DNA of 64,000 bases, taken from positions 448,001 to 512,000 of the forward strand of contig OY782781.1 of NCBI GenBank assembly GCA_963678315.1, written 5' to 3'. The notes under the pieces are model-generated. The model did not search any database, had not been told where the DNA came from, and was given only the letters and a program-made list of their open reading frames with translations. Each line of letters starts with the position of its first letter. Positions within the stretch are counted from its first letter, which is position 1. Made by a program: the position numbers and the translations under genes. This document shows, in pieces, positions 10,157 to 20,570 of this stretch. The DNA comes from Candidatus Cloacimonadales bacterium. Lineage in GTDB: Bacteria; Cloacimonadota; Cloacimonadia; Cloacimonadales; JAFGVF01.

Positions 10157-10355
10157 ATTAATCTCCTGCAAATATACTAGCTTCTTTCTTGATTAAAGCA
10201 AAAAATGAATTTTTTTCACTCATACAATCTAGAAATTTAAACTTTCCAGATTAACGTATCTTGCTAGTAAATAGCTTATTAAACAGCTTTCTAATACTTT
10301 TAAAGTAAAATAATATACCAAGGGTCATTTTTTTCTTGACATAGTTATAGAAGAC

Positions 10356-10874
10356 ATGTTTTTTAGATTCATGAGTACAAAGAATATTTATTTAGTTGGA
10401 TTTATGGGAGCTGGAAAAAGTCATATTGGCAGACAGCTAGCTAAAAAGTTGAGACTTAAACATCAAGATCTTGATTATCTTGTGGAAAAGAAGTTTATGC
10501 TTCCAGCTAAGGATATATTCAAAACGCATGGTGAATCAATGTTTCGTTCAGTAGAACGAGATATCCTCCTTTCTACCCCACCACAAGACGTTATCTCCAC
10601 AGGTGGTGGGGTGATTCTCATGAAAAGCAACAGAGAATTCTTATTAGACAAATTTGTTGTATGGCTAAACCCAAGCTGGGAAATTCTATATGAAAGAATT
10701 AGAAAAAGTAACAGACCAATAGTTTTGAAAAGTGATGAATCTACACTACATAAAATATACTCTGACAGAATTAAATACTACCAAGAAGTTAGTAACATTG
10801 AAATAAAAGAAAATGATCCCAAATTGATTATAAAATTAATTATTAAAGAGATAAATAATAAGGAGTTATTATGA
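10356..10874 (+). CDS. aroK: Shikimate kinase (start may be 10371)
   Basis: IYLVGFMGAGKS P-loop, GESMFR, STGGG, RP lid motif. Confidence 0.92.
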   Translation: MFFRFMSTKNIYLVGFMGAGKSHIGRQLAKKLRLKHQDLDYLVEKKFMLPAKDIFKTHGESMFRSVERDILLSTPPQDVISTGGGVILMKSNREFLLDKFVVWLNPSWEILYERIRKSNRPIVLKSDESTLHKIYSDRIKYYQEVSNIEIKENDPKLIIKLIIKEINNKELL

Positions 10875-12913
10875 AATATGCAGAATTAAAGAAAGCTGTT
10901 AACGACAAAGCATTACCGCTCTATAAAGAAACAATCTCAAAAATTCAAGCACTCTATGAAGAGATTAAATCATGTGAAGGACAATACAAAGAACTTCTCC
11001 AATTAACTGCAGAAAGAATCTTAGCTGCAGATAAATTTCTAAATGAATTTAATGATGATTACTATACAAAGTATTCTATTGAAGAGTTGAAAAAAATCAA
11101 CATCGACAAATATTCTGAAATTGCTCCAGAGAATTACGAAACATCTTATGCTAATCCAGACTATTGTGTTAAGCAATTTGGAGATAAGATAGGTCAACTT
11201 CTTTCAACAACTTATATCTTCTATAGATCATACTTTAACTTTGCACAGAATAAAGATATAAATGCAATGGCTAAAGGTAACCAATACTTTATTAACTTAG
11301 TTGAATCAATGAAAGCTGATAAGAAAGACTTTGAAACACTCAGAAATATATACAGAGAATATAGTCTTACAGGAACAGTTGAAGAAAGAGAGCTAGGTTT
11401 AAGAGATGTTTTCGATACTGATAGCCCAGGCTATAGCAAAATAGTTCTTGATTCTGACCTTTCAGATTTAAGATATCTTTACCAGTATGGTAAATTCATC
11501 ACTGACAATGAAATCAAGACTGCTGAATTCTTGAATAACTATCCTGCAGAAAAGATAGAAAAGCTGGTAACTGAACTTTCTAAAGCCTATATTCGTGGTT
11601 TTGAATTAGCAAAGAAAGACTACAAAAAGAAAAACAGTTACTTAGTTGTTTATAATGTAGGACAAGAAAGAATAGTTAGAGAACTTGTTAAAAAATTAAA
11701 AGCTTACGGATTAAATCCTTTATTCTCAAGAGCTACATCTACTCAAATTAACAAACAATACGGTTATGACCATAAATTTGATTATTCTTTAGCTTTCGAC
11801 GAAGAGATTGCTGCTAAAAACATAGATAACTATAGACAAGCAGCAGTTAAATGTGAAGATATATTGAGAGCTTACTCAGGTGTTGTAGCCTTCGACAGCT
11901 TTGGAGAAAAACCATTCAGTCCTAAATCAAAAGAGTCTAACTTGAAGGCTTCTCCTGAACAACAAAAGTTACAACAAAAAGCTTCTATTGAAACTTCTCA
12001 GATTTCACAACAATATATGCCTAGAACAGAGAATAGCTTCTGCATTATAGGATTCCCTGTTCCAGAGATTGGAGAGCAATTCGAAGAAATCTTTGAAGCT
12101 ACATCTGAAATCAATATGATTGATACAATCCATTGGGAAGAAATCCAACAAAAGATTCTTGATGTTCTTGACTTAGCTGATTATGTTCATGTTAAAGGTA
12201 AGAACCAAAATAGAACCGATATCAAGGTTAAGATGCAAAAGCTAGAAGATCCTACAAAGCATACTAACTTTGTTAACTGTGGTGCAGATGTTAATATTCC
12301 AGTTGGTGAGCTATTCACTTCCCCACAATTAGAAGACACAAATGGAGTTCTTCATGTTCCAGAAGTATTCTTACATAATATCACCTTCAAGAACCTAGAA
12401 TTAAAGTTCAAAGATGGCTATGTAGAAGATTATACTTGCGATAATATGGAAGATAAAGAAGAGGCAAAGAAGCTTGTACAAGAAACATTGATGTTCCCTC
12501 ATAAGACTCTTCCACTTGGTGAATTTGCTATAGGAACTAACACTCCAGCTTATATCATGGCAAAGAAATTTGATATTCTAAACCTTCTTCCAATTCTTAT
12601 TGTAGAAAAAATGGGACCTCACTTTGCTATAGGTGATACTTGCTTCTCATGGGAAGAAGATTTCGCTGTATTTAACCCAATCGATGGCAAAGAAATCACT
12701 GCAAGAGAGAATTCTCATTCAGCTAAGAGAAAGACTAATATTCAAGAAGCTTATACAAACTGTCATACAGATATTACGCTTCCATACGAAGACTTAGACT
12801 TCATTTCTGTTATTACTCATGATGGTAAAGAAATTGATATTCTTAGAGATGGTAAATTTGCAGTTCCAGGAACTGAAGAATTAAACAAACCTCTTGAAGA
12901 CTGGGGAATTTAA
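10871..12913 (+). CDS. Aminopeptidase, M29 (aminopeptidase T/II)-like with N-terminal extension
   Basis: NIPVGELFTSP, LGEFAIGTN, EKMGPHFAIGD and NCHTDI metal-binding motifs; ATGA overlap with aroK. Confidence 0.85.
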   Translation: MKYAELKKAVNDKALPLYKETISKIQALYEEIKSCEGQYKELLQLTAERILAADKFLNEFNDDYYTKYSIEELKKINIDKYSEIAPENYETSYANPDYCVKQFGDKIGQLLSTTYIFYRSYFNFAQNKDINAMAKGNQYFINLVESMKADKKDFETLRNIYREYSLTGTVEERELGLRDVFDTDSPGYSKIVLDSDLSDLRYLYQYGKFITDNEIKTAEFLNNYPAEKIEKLVTELSKAYIRGFELAKKDYKKKNSYLVVYNVGQERIVRELVKKLKAYGLNPLFSRATSTQINKQYGYDHKFDYSLAFDEEIAAKNIDNYRQAAVKCEDILRAYSGVVAFDSFGEKPFSPKSKESNLKASPEQQKLQQKASIETSQISQQYMPRTENSFCIIGFPVPEIGEQFEEIFEATSEINMIDTIHWEEIQQKILDVLDLADYVHVKGKNQNRTDIKVKMQKLEDPTKHTNFVNCGADVNIPVGELFTSPQLEDTNGVLHVPEVFLHNITFKNLELKFKDGYVEDYTCDNMEDKEEAKKLVQETLMFPHKTLPLGEFAIGTNTPAYIMAKKFDILNLLPILIVEKMGPHFAIGDTCFSWEEDFAVFNPIDGKEITARENSHSAKRKTNIQEAYTNCHTDITLPYEDLDFISVITHDGKEIDILRDGKFAVPGTEELNKPLEDWGI

Positions 12914-12953
12914 TTAAGCTTCATTTTATAACTATAATCAATACAATATCAAG

Positions 12954-12981
12954 AAGGTACTTCAAGAATGGAGTACCTTTT
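12954..12981 (+). terminator. Intrinsic terminator after the aminopeptidase gene
   Basis: AAGGTACTTC...GGAGTACCTT followed by T residues. Confidence 0.7.
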
Positions 12982-13107
12982 ACTTTTGCATGATAAGTTA
13001 GCAAATTAGAACTAGTCTGCGTGATTTTGTCACGTAGATATACAATTTAGCTAGAAATATCTTGACTTTTATTGTATAAATTTTATTCTACGTGAAAAGG
13101 AGTCAAT

Positions 13108-14460
13108 ATGCTATTAAGATTTGAAGTACAAAATGTTCTTTCATTTGGTAAAATGAGAGAGTTCAATATGTTTCCTCAGAAAGGACGTAAATCAGATGGT
13201 CCATTGTACCACCATATACAAGACTTAGGCACCATTAAAGCATTGAAACAAACTGCAATATATGGAGCGAACGGTTCAGGTAAGTCAAATTTAATTAATT
13301 CAATTAGATTCCTTCAAGACCTTGTTTTGGGTCGAATTACTGGTCAAATTATTAATAGTAACATGTTTAAATTTACTCATAAAGATGATGTTCAAATGTT
13401 AAATATTGAATTTGAAAAAAATAAAAAATTTTTCATCTTTGGACTGGAAATTAAAAATGGAATAATAATACTTGAAGAATTATATGAACATATCCCACAA
13501 AGCAAAATTAGTAATTTGCTTTATGAAAGAAAAACTACAGATAATAGTAAACTTAGTCTGAAATTTAGTAAAGATATTGATTCATTAAATGAAGTTCAAG
13601 TTTTAAAAAAACTAATTCTGAGAAATTTTACAAAGCCTAAAAACCCATTGTTAGAGTTTCTAGCAAATTTGGAAGAGGACTTTTTATCAGAGATTAAAAT
13701 ATGTTTTGAATGGTTTAAAAAAGATTTGAATATTTTATCCCCTAAAGCAAGATTGCGGAATTTAATAAATAAGTATGAAACAGATATAAAATTTAACGAT
13801 TTTTTAAATGATACTTTAAAAACACTTGGAATTGGCATTTCTTCAGTAAGAATTCATACCGAAAAAATTGATAAAGAGTCATCAATATACAGGGAATTAT
13901 CAGAGATATTTGAGAATCATAAAGAAGATACTTTAGTAGCACACAATGATTCTCAACAGATAGCATTTACTATAAATGAGAATAACGATATTGAAAAGAA
14001 AAATATGGTATTTTGTCATACTATAAACGATGGTCAAAAGGCAGAGCTTATGATGGACAACGAATCAGATGGTACTATAAAATTATTGCATCTTATGCCT
14101 GTAATTGAAGATCTTTATTATAAAGACAAAGTTTATATCATTGACGAAATAGAAAGAAGTATACATCCTATTTTGATAAAAGAGATTATAAGAAAATTTT
14201 CTTTAAATGCTTCAACCAAAGGGCAATTAGTCTTTTCAACACATGAATCTCATTTACTTGATTTAGACATTTTCTCAAGTGATGAAATCTGGTTATTAGA
14301 AAAAAATAAGAATGGAGAATCTGACCTATATACATTAAGTGATTATAAACCTCACAACACAATTAACATTAGAAGAGGATATTTAAACGGACGCTATGGA
14401 GCAATACCATTCTTAGGGAATTTGAGTGACCTTAGTTGGGGTAATGATGTCAGTCAATAA
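13108..14460 (+). CDS. AAA_21/ABC-type ATPase, RloA (AbiLi-like)
   Basis: AIYGANGSGKSN Walker A, ESDGT signature, IIDEIERSIHP Walker B, FSTHE, YLNGRYGAIP C-terminus. Confidence 0.88.
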   Translation: MLLRFEVQNVLSFGKMREFNMFPQKGRKSDGPLYHHIQDLGTIKALKQTAIYGANGSGKSNLINSIRFLQDLVLGRITGQIINSNMFKFTHKDDVQMLNIEFEKNKKFFIFGLEIKNGIIILEELYEHIPQSKISNLLYERKTTDNSKLSLKFSKDIDSLNEVQVLKKLILRNFTKPKNPLLEFLANLEEDFLSEIKICFEWFKKDLNILSPKARLRNLINKYETDIKFNDFLNDTLKTLGIGISSVRIHTEKIDKESSIYRELSEIFENHKEDTLVAHNDSQQIAFTINENNDIEKKNMVFCHTINDGQKAELMMDNESDGTIKLLHLMPVIEDLYYKDKVYIIDEIERSIHPILIKEIIRKFSLNASTKGQLVFSTHESHLLDLDIFSSDEIWLLEKNKNGESDLYTLSDYKPHNTINIRRGYLNGRYGAIPFLGNLSDLSWGNDVSQ

Positions 14461-15145
14461 AAATCCATTGCATGAAAAAGATGAAAGCACTTTTGAACCT
14501 AAAACAATATTTATATTTTGTGAAGGAGAGAGAACCGAAACAAATTACTTCTCTTATTTCGAGACAAGAGATTCAAGAATTCAAGCTGAGATATATCCCA
14601 GAAGGAAGAATGAGAAACATGATCCTTCTGCATTATTTGATATAGCTTTAAGCTATCTTGGTATTGAAAAAATTAATGAGGATATTTACGATAAATGTAA
14701 GAACCCATATCAAGAAGAAATTGATGAAGTGTGGTTTGTTATTGATACAGACAGATGGGAAGGACATATACCAAATTTGTACAATAAGTGTAAAAAATAT
14801 GATAATTGGAATATTGCTCATAGTAACCCTTGTTTTGAGGTATGGCTATACTATCATTTTTATACTTACAGACCAGACTATGATATTAATGAGAATCTCT
14901 ATAAGGGGAATAATCCACAAAAACATTGGAAGTCATTTGTTGCTAGGTCTATTGATAAAGGAGGAGGGTTTAATTTTACTTATAGTAATCATATGGAGCT
15001 ATATTACTTTGCAACTCAAAACTCCAAGAACAATCTAGAGCTTGATGAAAATAAATATCCAAGAATTGCTTCTACAACAGTTTATAAGCTAGGGCTTAAG
15101 ATTCATGAGATGTTAGAGGAAAAGAAGAAACTTATAGGCAGATAA
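14444..15145 (+). CDS. RloB family (TOPRIM-like) protein
   Basis: IFCEGERTETNYF, WFVIDTD and SNPCFEVWLYYHF motifs; overlaps the end of the ATPase gene. Confidence 0.88.
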   Translation: MMSVNKNPLHEKDESTFEPKTIFIFCEGERTETNYFSYFETRDSRIQAEIYPRRKNEKHDPSALFDIALSYLGIEKINEDIYDKCKNPYQEEIDEVWFVIDTDRWEGHIPNLYNKCKKYDNWNIAHSNPCFEVWLYYHFYTYRPDYDINENLYKGNNPQKHWKSFVARSIDKGGGFNFTYSNHMELYYFATQNSKNNLELDENKYPRIASTTVYKLGLKIHEMLEEKKKLIGR

Positions 15146-15264
15146 TTTCTTTTTATGGAAAGTTAAAACACTCATATAGATGCGTTCTAATCTTTTACAT
15201 TGTTAACAATTTTTAAGGTCTGTAAAAGAGACGTTCACCGAATGTCTCTTTTATTTTATCCTAC

Positions 15265-15297
15265 AAAAAAGGAGAAACTAAAACTAGCTTCTCCCTT
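15265..15297 (-). terminator. Intrinsic terminator after the M42 peptidase operon
   Basis: GGAGAAACTA..TAGCTTCTCC stem with an upstream A-tract. Confidence 0.6.
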
Positions 15298-15318
15298 AAG
15301 TTTATTATACTATATATT

Positions 15319-16350
15319 CTACTTACTAATATATGTTTTTAAAAGCTTCATTGTGTTTTCAACACCAGATCTGTGAGTTCTTTCATAGCCATGTGAAGCA
15401 AAGACACCAGGTCCGATAAGTCCATGTCTAATATCATAGCCAGCTCTTAGAGTTGCTTCGACATCTGAACCATAGCTTGGATAAATATCAAGAGCATGTT
15501 CAAGCTTTTCATCTTCAGCAATCTTGATAAGTTCATTGGTAAGGTCATAATCGTAAGGTCCACCAGAGTCCTTCACACAGATAGAAACCTTAAATTCATC
15601 AGTAGTCAAATCATCGCCAACTGCTCCCATATCTACAGAAATCATGTCAACTGTATCTTCAGGAAGACCTGATGAACCACCATGTCCTACTTCTTCATAG
15701 GTTGTGAAAAGCAAGGAAACCTTACGGCTTAAAACAATTTCTTTATCAGCTACCATCTTAGCCAGAGCAATAAGTAAACCAGCACTTGCTTTATCATCAA
15801 GATGTCTAGACTTAATGAATCCAGATTCAGTAACCTTGGTTCTAGGATCTAAAGATATAAAGTCTCCAACCTTAATGCCTAAGTCCTCTACTTCTTTCTT
15901 TGAAGAAACCTTTTCATCAAGAATAATCTCAACAGTTTTGTCACTTCTTTGGAGAGTTCCTACATCTCTGTAAACGTGCACTGCTGGATGAATAAGATAA
16001 GCTGTTCCTTCATATTCTTTACCAGCACGAGTATGAACAATAACATTCTCATTTTCTATATTATTCTCTGGATAACCACCAATCTTGGTGTGTCTAATTC
16101 TTCCATTACCTTTAATAGAACGAACCATAGCACCTAAGGTGTCTACATGGGCTGCAAGAACAAGATGTTCTCCCTGACCGCCTAATGTGACAAGAACTGA
16201 TTTCTTGCGTGAGTATTGAGCCTTAAAACCTAATTCCTTAAATGTATCTATTAAGTAAGCTGTTGCCTTAGCTGTAAAGCCACTTGGACTTGGTATTCTA
16301 CATAAGTTAACAATCTGTTCAACAGCATAATCTGTGTATTTTTCCATCAT
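15319..16350 (-). CDS. M42 family metallopeptidase
   Basis: IPSPSG, AHVDTLG, SRHLDDK, YEEVG, SVDMG, YGSD and SHGYERTH motifs. Confidence 0.92.
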   Translation of the reverse strand: MMEKYTDYAVEQIVNLCRIPSPSGFTAKATAYLIDTFKELGFKAQYSRKKSVLVTLGGQGEHLVLAAHVDTLGAMVRSIKGNGRIRHTKIGGYPENNIENENVIVHTRAGKEYEGTAYLIHPAVHVYRDVGTLQRSDKTVEIILDEKVSSKKEVEDLGIKVGDFISLDPRTKVTESGFIKSRHLDDKASAGLLIALAKMVADKEIVLSRKVSLLFTTYEEVGHGGSSGLPEDTVDMISVDMGAVGDDLTTDEFKVSICVKDSGGPYDYDLTNELIKIAEDEKLEHALDIYPSYGSDVEATLRAGYDIRHGLIGPGVFASHGYERTHRSGVENTMKLLKTYISK

Positions 16351-16358
16351 TCTAACCT

Positions 16359-16562
16359 CTATACTTTCTTATTATTTACAAGCTCTGCGAAATGTTCATA
16401 AGTTCTATCCCATGAAGCTTCTTCTTCCTTAGGAAAGAAACAACCTGGAAGTTGACGTTTTGACCTGTGATAAGCTAGGCATTCACAACAAATACCTTTC
16501 TTAGAACACCCAGGATATGAACAATTACAAAACTTTAAATTCTCTTTTTGCCTGCATTCCAT
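16359..16562 (-). CDS. Small Cys-rich protein (DUF6485-like)
   Basis: CNCSYPGCSKKGICCECLAYH...LPGCFFP..E...DR pattern; sits in an operon. Confidence 0.75.
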   Translation of the reverse strand: MECRQKENLKFCNCSYPGCSKKGICCECLAYHRSKRQLPGCFFPKEEEASWDRTYEHFAELVNNKKV

Positions 16563-16565
16563 GTC

Positions 16566-16871
16566 TTAGTCTTCTTCATTCTCTGAATATAGAACTGTTG
16601 ACCATATTTCAGGAACTGGTTGCTTAGTCATATATGGTTCAAACTCTTTCAATATATCTTTGAATATACCAGTCTTCATAAACTTCTCAGCATACTCTTT
16701 TTCGTCCCAGGTACCAATTGCCATAGCCTCACCATCTTGTTTAGCAAGAAACTGCATTCTAACAAAACCTTCTTGTTCTTCAGCAACTTCCAACACTTTC
16801 TCTTGCCATTTCTCGATACATGAAACCATATCTTCTGGTTTAAAATAATATCTCATTGTAGCAGTATACAT
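16566..16871 (-). CDS. Antibiotic biosynthesis monooxygenase (ABM) family protein
   Basis: About 100 aa with the QEGF...GTW pattern of a dimeric alpha/beta barrel; AGGAG RBS. Confidence 0.75.
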   Translation of the reverse strand: MYTATMRYYFKPEDMVSCIEKWQEKVLEVAEEQEGFVRMQFLAKQDGEAMAIGTWDEKEYAEKFMKTGIFKDILKEFEPYMTKQPVPEIWSTVLYSENEED

Positions 16872-16896
16872 CTTATCAGCTCCTTAATTATTATTT

Positions 16897-18264
16897 TTAT
16901 TCATTATGTTCATTTAGTTTATTTAAAGTCAAATCTTTTTTCATCTTAACCCCAAGTTCTTGCAATTGCTTTGCTTTTCTAACTAAGTTACCATTACCGC
17001 TAGAAAGCTTCTTCTTAGCTTCTGTGTAGCTTTTATTAAGAGTATTTATATTTGCTTCTATCTTTTCCATATCAGTCAAGAAACCTTCAAACTTATCCAA
17101 CATTTTACCTGCTTCTTCAGCAATCTTCTTACTGTTCTTAGTTTGATTCTCACTGTTCCAAATCTGCTTAATAGTTCTAAGAACATACATTAAGGTTCCT
17201 GGACCTACAATCATTATATTCATCTTCATTGCATCCAAGAAGAGAGTGTTATCTGCTTCTAAAGCTGTTAGATAAGCAGATTCAACCGGAATAAACATAA
17301 GGACATGGGAAATAGTATTCACATCTGCAAGATCTTCATACTTCTTAGAAGCCAGATTCTTAACTTGATTCCTAACTGAAAGTAAATGTGCTTTCAAGAA
17401 TTGCTCTCTCTCTGTAGGGTCTTCAGAGGAGACCATGTCATAATATGCCTTCAAAGACATCTTAGCATCTATCACTATATCCTTATTATCAGGAAGTTTA
17501 ACTATTATATCAGGACGTTTATCATTATAAGAACCGTCTTTAAAGTTCTGTTGAGGGAAGTATTCCAAGTCTTTGGTTAATCCAGAATCTTCAAGAATCC
17601 TCTCTAACTTCATTTCACCCCAGTTACCTTGCTTCTTATTATCAGTTGTAAGAGCTTTGGTTAAGTTCATAGCTTCTTGATTAAGAGTCTCATTGAGTTT
17701 GCGAAGATTCTCAATTTCAGTCTTGAGTGAAGCCCTATCTTTATTTTCATTATCGTAAACATCTTCAACTCTTTTCTTAAACTCATTTAGTTGACTTCTA
17801 ACTGGATTAAGTATGTTGTTTAAGCTTTCAGTGCTTGTTTCTTTGAACTTACTATTCTTCTCTTCAAATATCTTATTAGCCAGAAGTTCAAAGTCTTTCT
17901 TCATTGTCTCTTTAGTTTCTGTAAGAAGTTGAAGCTTTTCTTTCATTGTCTTTTCAGCTTCAGTAATTCTTGTTCTAAGAGATGCATTCTCTTCAAGGAG
18001 AACTCTATTATGCCCCAGAGAATCATCCAATTTAGCATTAAGTTTATTTAAGTTATGAAGTTCTGTTCTGAGTTGTGTAATCTCAATATCTTTATCCCTA
18101 ATCTGCTTATTCATTTCCATTTGAGAATTCTGAAGCTGCTCATTTAAGTCCTTTTCTGCTTGAATTTGGATTGCATTTCTATCAGACTGAAACTTCTTTA
18201 CTAAAACTATCCAAACTGATATAAACCCCAATATGAAAGCAACAATCAACAAGATATAGTCCAT
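16897..18264 (-). CDS. rmuC: DNA recombination protein RmuC
   Basis: N-terminal TM, long coiled coil, QGNWGE, RPDIIVKLP, IDAK, VLMFIPVE, SSGNGNL. Confidence 0.93.
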   Translation of the reverse strand: MDYILLIVAFILGFISVWIVLVKKFQSDRNAIQIQAEKDLNEQLQNSQMEMNKQIRDKDIEITQLRTELHNLNKLNAKLDDSLGHNRVLLEENASLRTRITEAEKTMKEKLQLLTETKETMKKDFELLANKIFEEKNSKFKETSTESLNNILNPVRSQLNEFKKRVEDVYDNENKDRASLKTEIENLRKLNETLNQEAMNLTKALTTDNKKQGNWGEMKLERILEDSGLTKDLEYFPQQNFKDGSYNDKRPDIIVKLPDNKDIVIDAKMSLKAYYDMVSSEDPTEREQFLKAHLLSVRNQVKNLASKKYEDLADVNTISHVLMFIPVESAYLTALEADNTLFLDAMKMNIMIVGPGTLMYVLRTIKQIWNSENQTKNSKKIAEEAGKMLDKFEGFLTDMEKIEANINTLNKSYTEAKKKLSSGNGNLVRKAKQLQELGVKMKKDLTLNKLNEHNE

Positions 18265-18300
18265 TTATCCTCCTTTCTTCTAACACAATTTAATAAGAGC

Positions 18301-18648
18301 CTATGCTCTGCCCTCTTTTCTTAACTTTCTATATATTCTATAGTTATTTGTCACTACAAAGGTGAATAATAAATCTCCAATTATCATTGATACATTTACT
18401 GTTTCCCAATCAGGAACGACATAAAAGAATATCACTCCACTGAAGAATGTAAGTAAAACAACTTTAAAGATTATTATCCCTCTGCCAATGCCTAATTTTC
18501 GGAAGACATATCTTGCAACAGGATTCTTTTCTCTATGATAGTTATAGGGTTTTACTACCAACCAAGTTGAATGTGCATCAAGAATATTCAGCACTATAAA
18601 GAATAGCATTAGGGCTATCCCAAATATTGCTGATTTAAATATCGCCAT
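18301..18648 (-). CDS. Small membrane protein (DUF5658-like)
   Basis: LNILDAHSTW...EKNP pattern, three hydrophobic segments; overlaps the upstream gene. Confidence 0.65.
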   Translation of the reverse strand: MAIFKSAIFGIALMLFFIVLNILDAHSTWLVVKPYNYHREKNPVARYVFRKLGIGRGIIIFKVVLLTFFSGVIFFYVVPDWETVNVSMIIGDLLFTFVVTNNYRIYRKLRKEGRA

Positions 18649-19198
18649 TCCCTAAACCTAACTCAACTTCGTGAGGGGCTAAGGCATCAATAGACATCTG
18701 TAAGAAGTCATCTAGTTCCAGCCCTAACAGCTCACAATCTCTTATTTGTTCTCTAGATACCCCTGCAGCAAACTTCTTATTCTTGAACTTCTTTTTAAGC
18801 GACTTTAACTGCAAAGAAGAGATTTGCTTATCTGGTCTCATCAGCGCAGAAGCTATTATCAAACCGTTAACTTGGTCAGCTATCCAAAGAGCTTTCTCTA
18901 TATTGCTTTCTAATTCTTTATGCTTATTATGAGCAAGGACAGCATTCACTATGTCTTGTGGAAGCTCATTCTCAATAAGAATCTCAGCTCCTTTCTTAGC
19001 ATGAATCTCCATATTATCACCAATAAGCTCTAAATCAATATCGTGTAAATAACCAGCTATATAGAATTTCTCTACATCTTCATTAAGCTTCTTGGCTAAA
19101 GCTTCCATTACAAGAGCTGTTGCATAGCAGTGATTTATTAAACTTTCTTTCTTTAAATATTTAGCTAATAAGCTTTTCGCTTGATCTCTATTTATCAT
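18635..19198 (-). CDS. HD/HDIG-domain phosphohydrolase
   Basis: HC, LHDID, H...GAEIL, LMRPDK, KFAAGVSRE. Confidence 0.88.
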   Translation of the reverse strand: MINRDQAKSLLAKYLKKESLINHCYATALVMEALAKKLNEDVEKFYIAGYLHDIDLELIGDNMEIHAKKGAEILIENELPQDIVNAVLAHNKHKELESNIEKALWIADQVNGLIIASALMRPDKQISSLQLKSLKKKFKNKKFAAGVSREQIRDCELLGLELDDFLQMSIDALAPHEVELGLGNGDI

Positions 19199-19985
19199 TG
19201 TAAGTCTCCATTTTAGATATTATTGAATAGGCGGCTATGGCAGTAGCATTAGCAACATTCAACGAGTTTTTCCAACCATGCATAGGTATTTCTAAGCTTA
19301 CATCACAAGCATTTATCACTTCTTCCGAGACACCTAGGCTTTCATTCCCCAAGATTAAAGCAACCTTAGATGCTGGCAAGTAAGAATTTAATGAAATAGA
19401 ATTATTAGTTAGTTCTAAAGCACATACCTGGTAGCCTTCTTCCTTTAATACCTCGATTAGCAAAAAAATATCAAAACTATGTATAATCGGTATATATTCC
19501 ACTGCTCCCATAGAAGTCTCAGCAACTTTTCTATTATCAACAGGAGGACAATTTCCACATAGAACGACTCTTCTTACTCCCAAGCATTCTGCTGTTCTAA
19601 TAATTGAACCTACATTAAAAGCAGATCTTAGATTATCTAGAACAAGCACTAAATCAAACTGCTTTCTTTCTTTGGGCTTTTTATCATAACGTTTTATAAA
19701 AATGTCTGTATCCCTAATGTTCTTTTTTAACAATGTGCCTAATCTATCTCTTAGCTTGATAAGGTCTTTGAAACTTACAACATAAATATTCAATAGATCA
19801 ATTTCTTTTATTTTTTTAGATGCGTAGCTTAAGCAATCATGAAGAGAGCTTAGCAAATCATCTCTACCTTTAATATCTTCCCAACTAGACTCCAATGCCT
19901 CTGTTATCTCATACAATATGGATAGCTTCTTAATCTTTGAGAAAGAAGAAAACTTCTTCTCAGAATAGCTATATATTTTCTTCAT
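19188..19985 (-). CDS. TrmH/SpoU family RNA methyltransferase with N-terminal extension
   Basis: LDNLRSAFNVGSIIRTA, LILGNESLG and EIPMHGWKNSLNVA SPOUT motifs. Confidence 0.9.
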   Translation of the reverse strand: MKKIYSYSEKKFSSFSKIKKLSILYEITEALESSWEDIKGRDDLLSSLHDCLSYASKKIKEIDLLNIYVVSFKDLIKLRDRLGTLLKKNIRDTDIFIKRYDKKPKERKQFDLVLVLDNLRSAFNVGSIIRTAECLGVRRVVLCGNCPPVDNRKVAETSMGAVEYIPIIHSFDIFLLIEVLKEEGYQVCALELTNNSISLNSYLPASKVALILGNESLGVSEEVINACDVSLEIPMHGWKNSLNVANATAIAAYSIISKMETYNDK

Positions 19986-20155
19986 AATAAACCTTACTTT
20001 CAAGTGTTCATTAACACTTATGTCATTGTTATAATTTACTGTTCAAATATATTATAAAAAAAGTATTGTCAAGATATGATATTTATTCTTATATGTAAGA
20101 AATTAGTCTTCTTTGCTTTTTAACTAACTATAAGAAGCAATATTTTGGAGTTATA

Positions 20156-20548
20156 ATGTTAAAATTCAATAAAAAGATATATGGCTATGAATGTGATATC
20201 TACGGTCACATGAATAATAGTAACTATTTGCAACTTCTTGAAGCAGCTAGAGCGGAAGCCTTGATTGAAATGGGTTTACCTGTTGCTTATTTAAAAGAAT
20301 TAGATATTTCTATTTTTGTTAAAAGAATAGAGATAGATTATGTAAAGCCCCTACAAATGGAACAGGTAGCTACAGTTCATACCAAGACTGACAAGGTTAC
20401 TAAAGTTAAAGGCATTTGGTTACAAGAGATTTATAACCAAGATAATGAGCTATGTGCTAAAGCGACTGTTACTGGTGTTTTCACTAGAAATGGAAAGCCT
20501 TTCAGAATTGGAAAAGATATCTTAGATATAATGACACGATATGTGTAG
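20156..20548 (+). CDS. Acyl-CoA thioesterase (4HBT/YbgC-like hotdog fold)
   Basis: ECDIYGHMNNSNYLQLLEAAR motif. Confidence 0.9.
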   Translation: MLKFNKKIYGYECDIYGHMNNSNYLQLLEAARAEALIEMGLPVAYLKELDISIFVKRIEIDYVKPLQMEQVATVHTKTDKVTKVKGIWLQEIYNQDNELCAKATVTGVFTRNGKPFRIGKDILDIMTRYV

Positions 20549-20570
20549 TTAAAACTTAAGGGAGGTAACT

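Noticed and set aside
13084..13099. parS site (TATTCTACGTGAAAAG)
   Set aside because: Only 11/16 match to TGTTTCACGTGAAACA and it is not palindromic.
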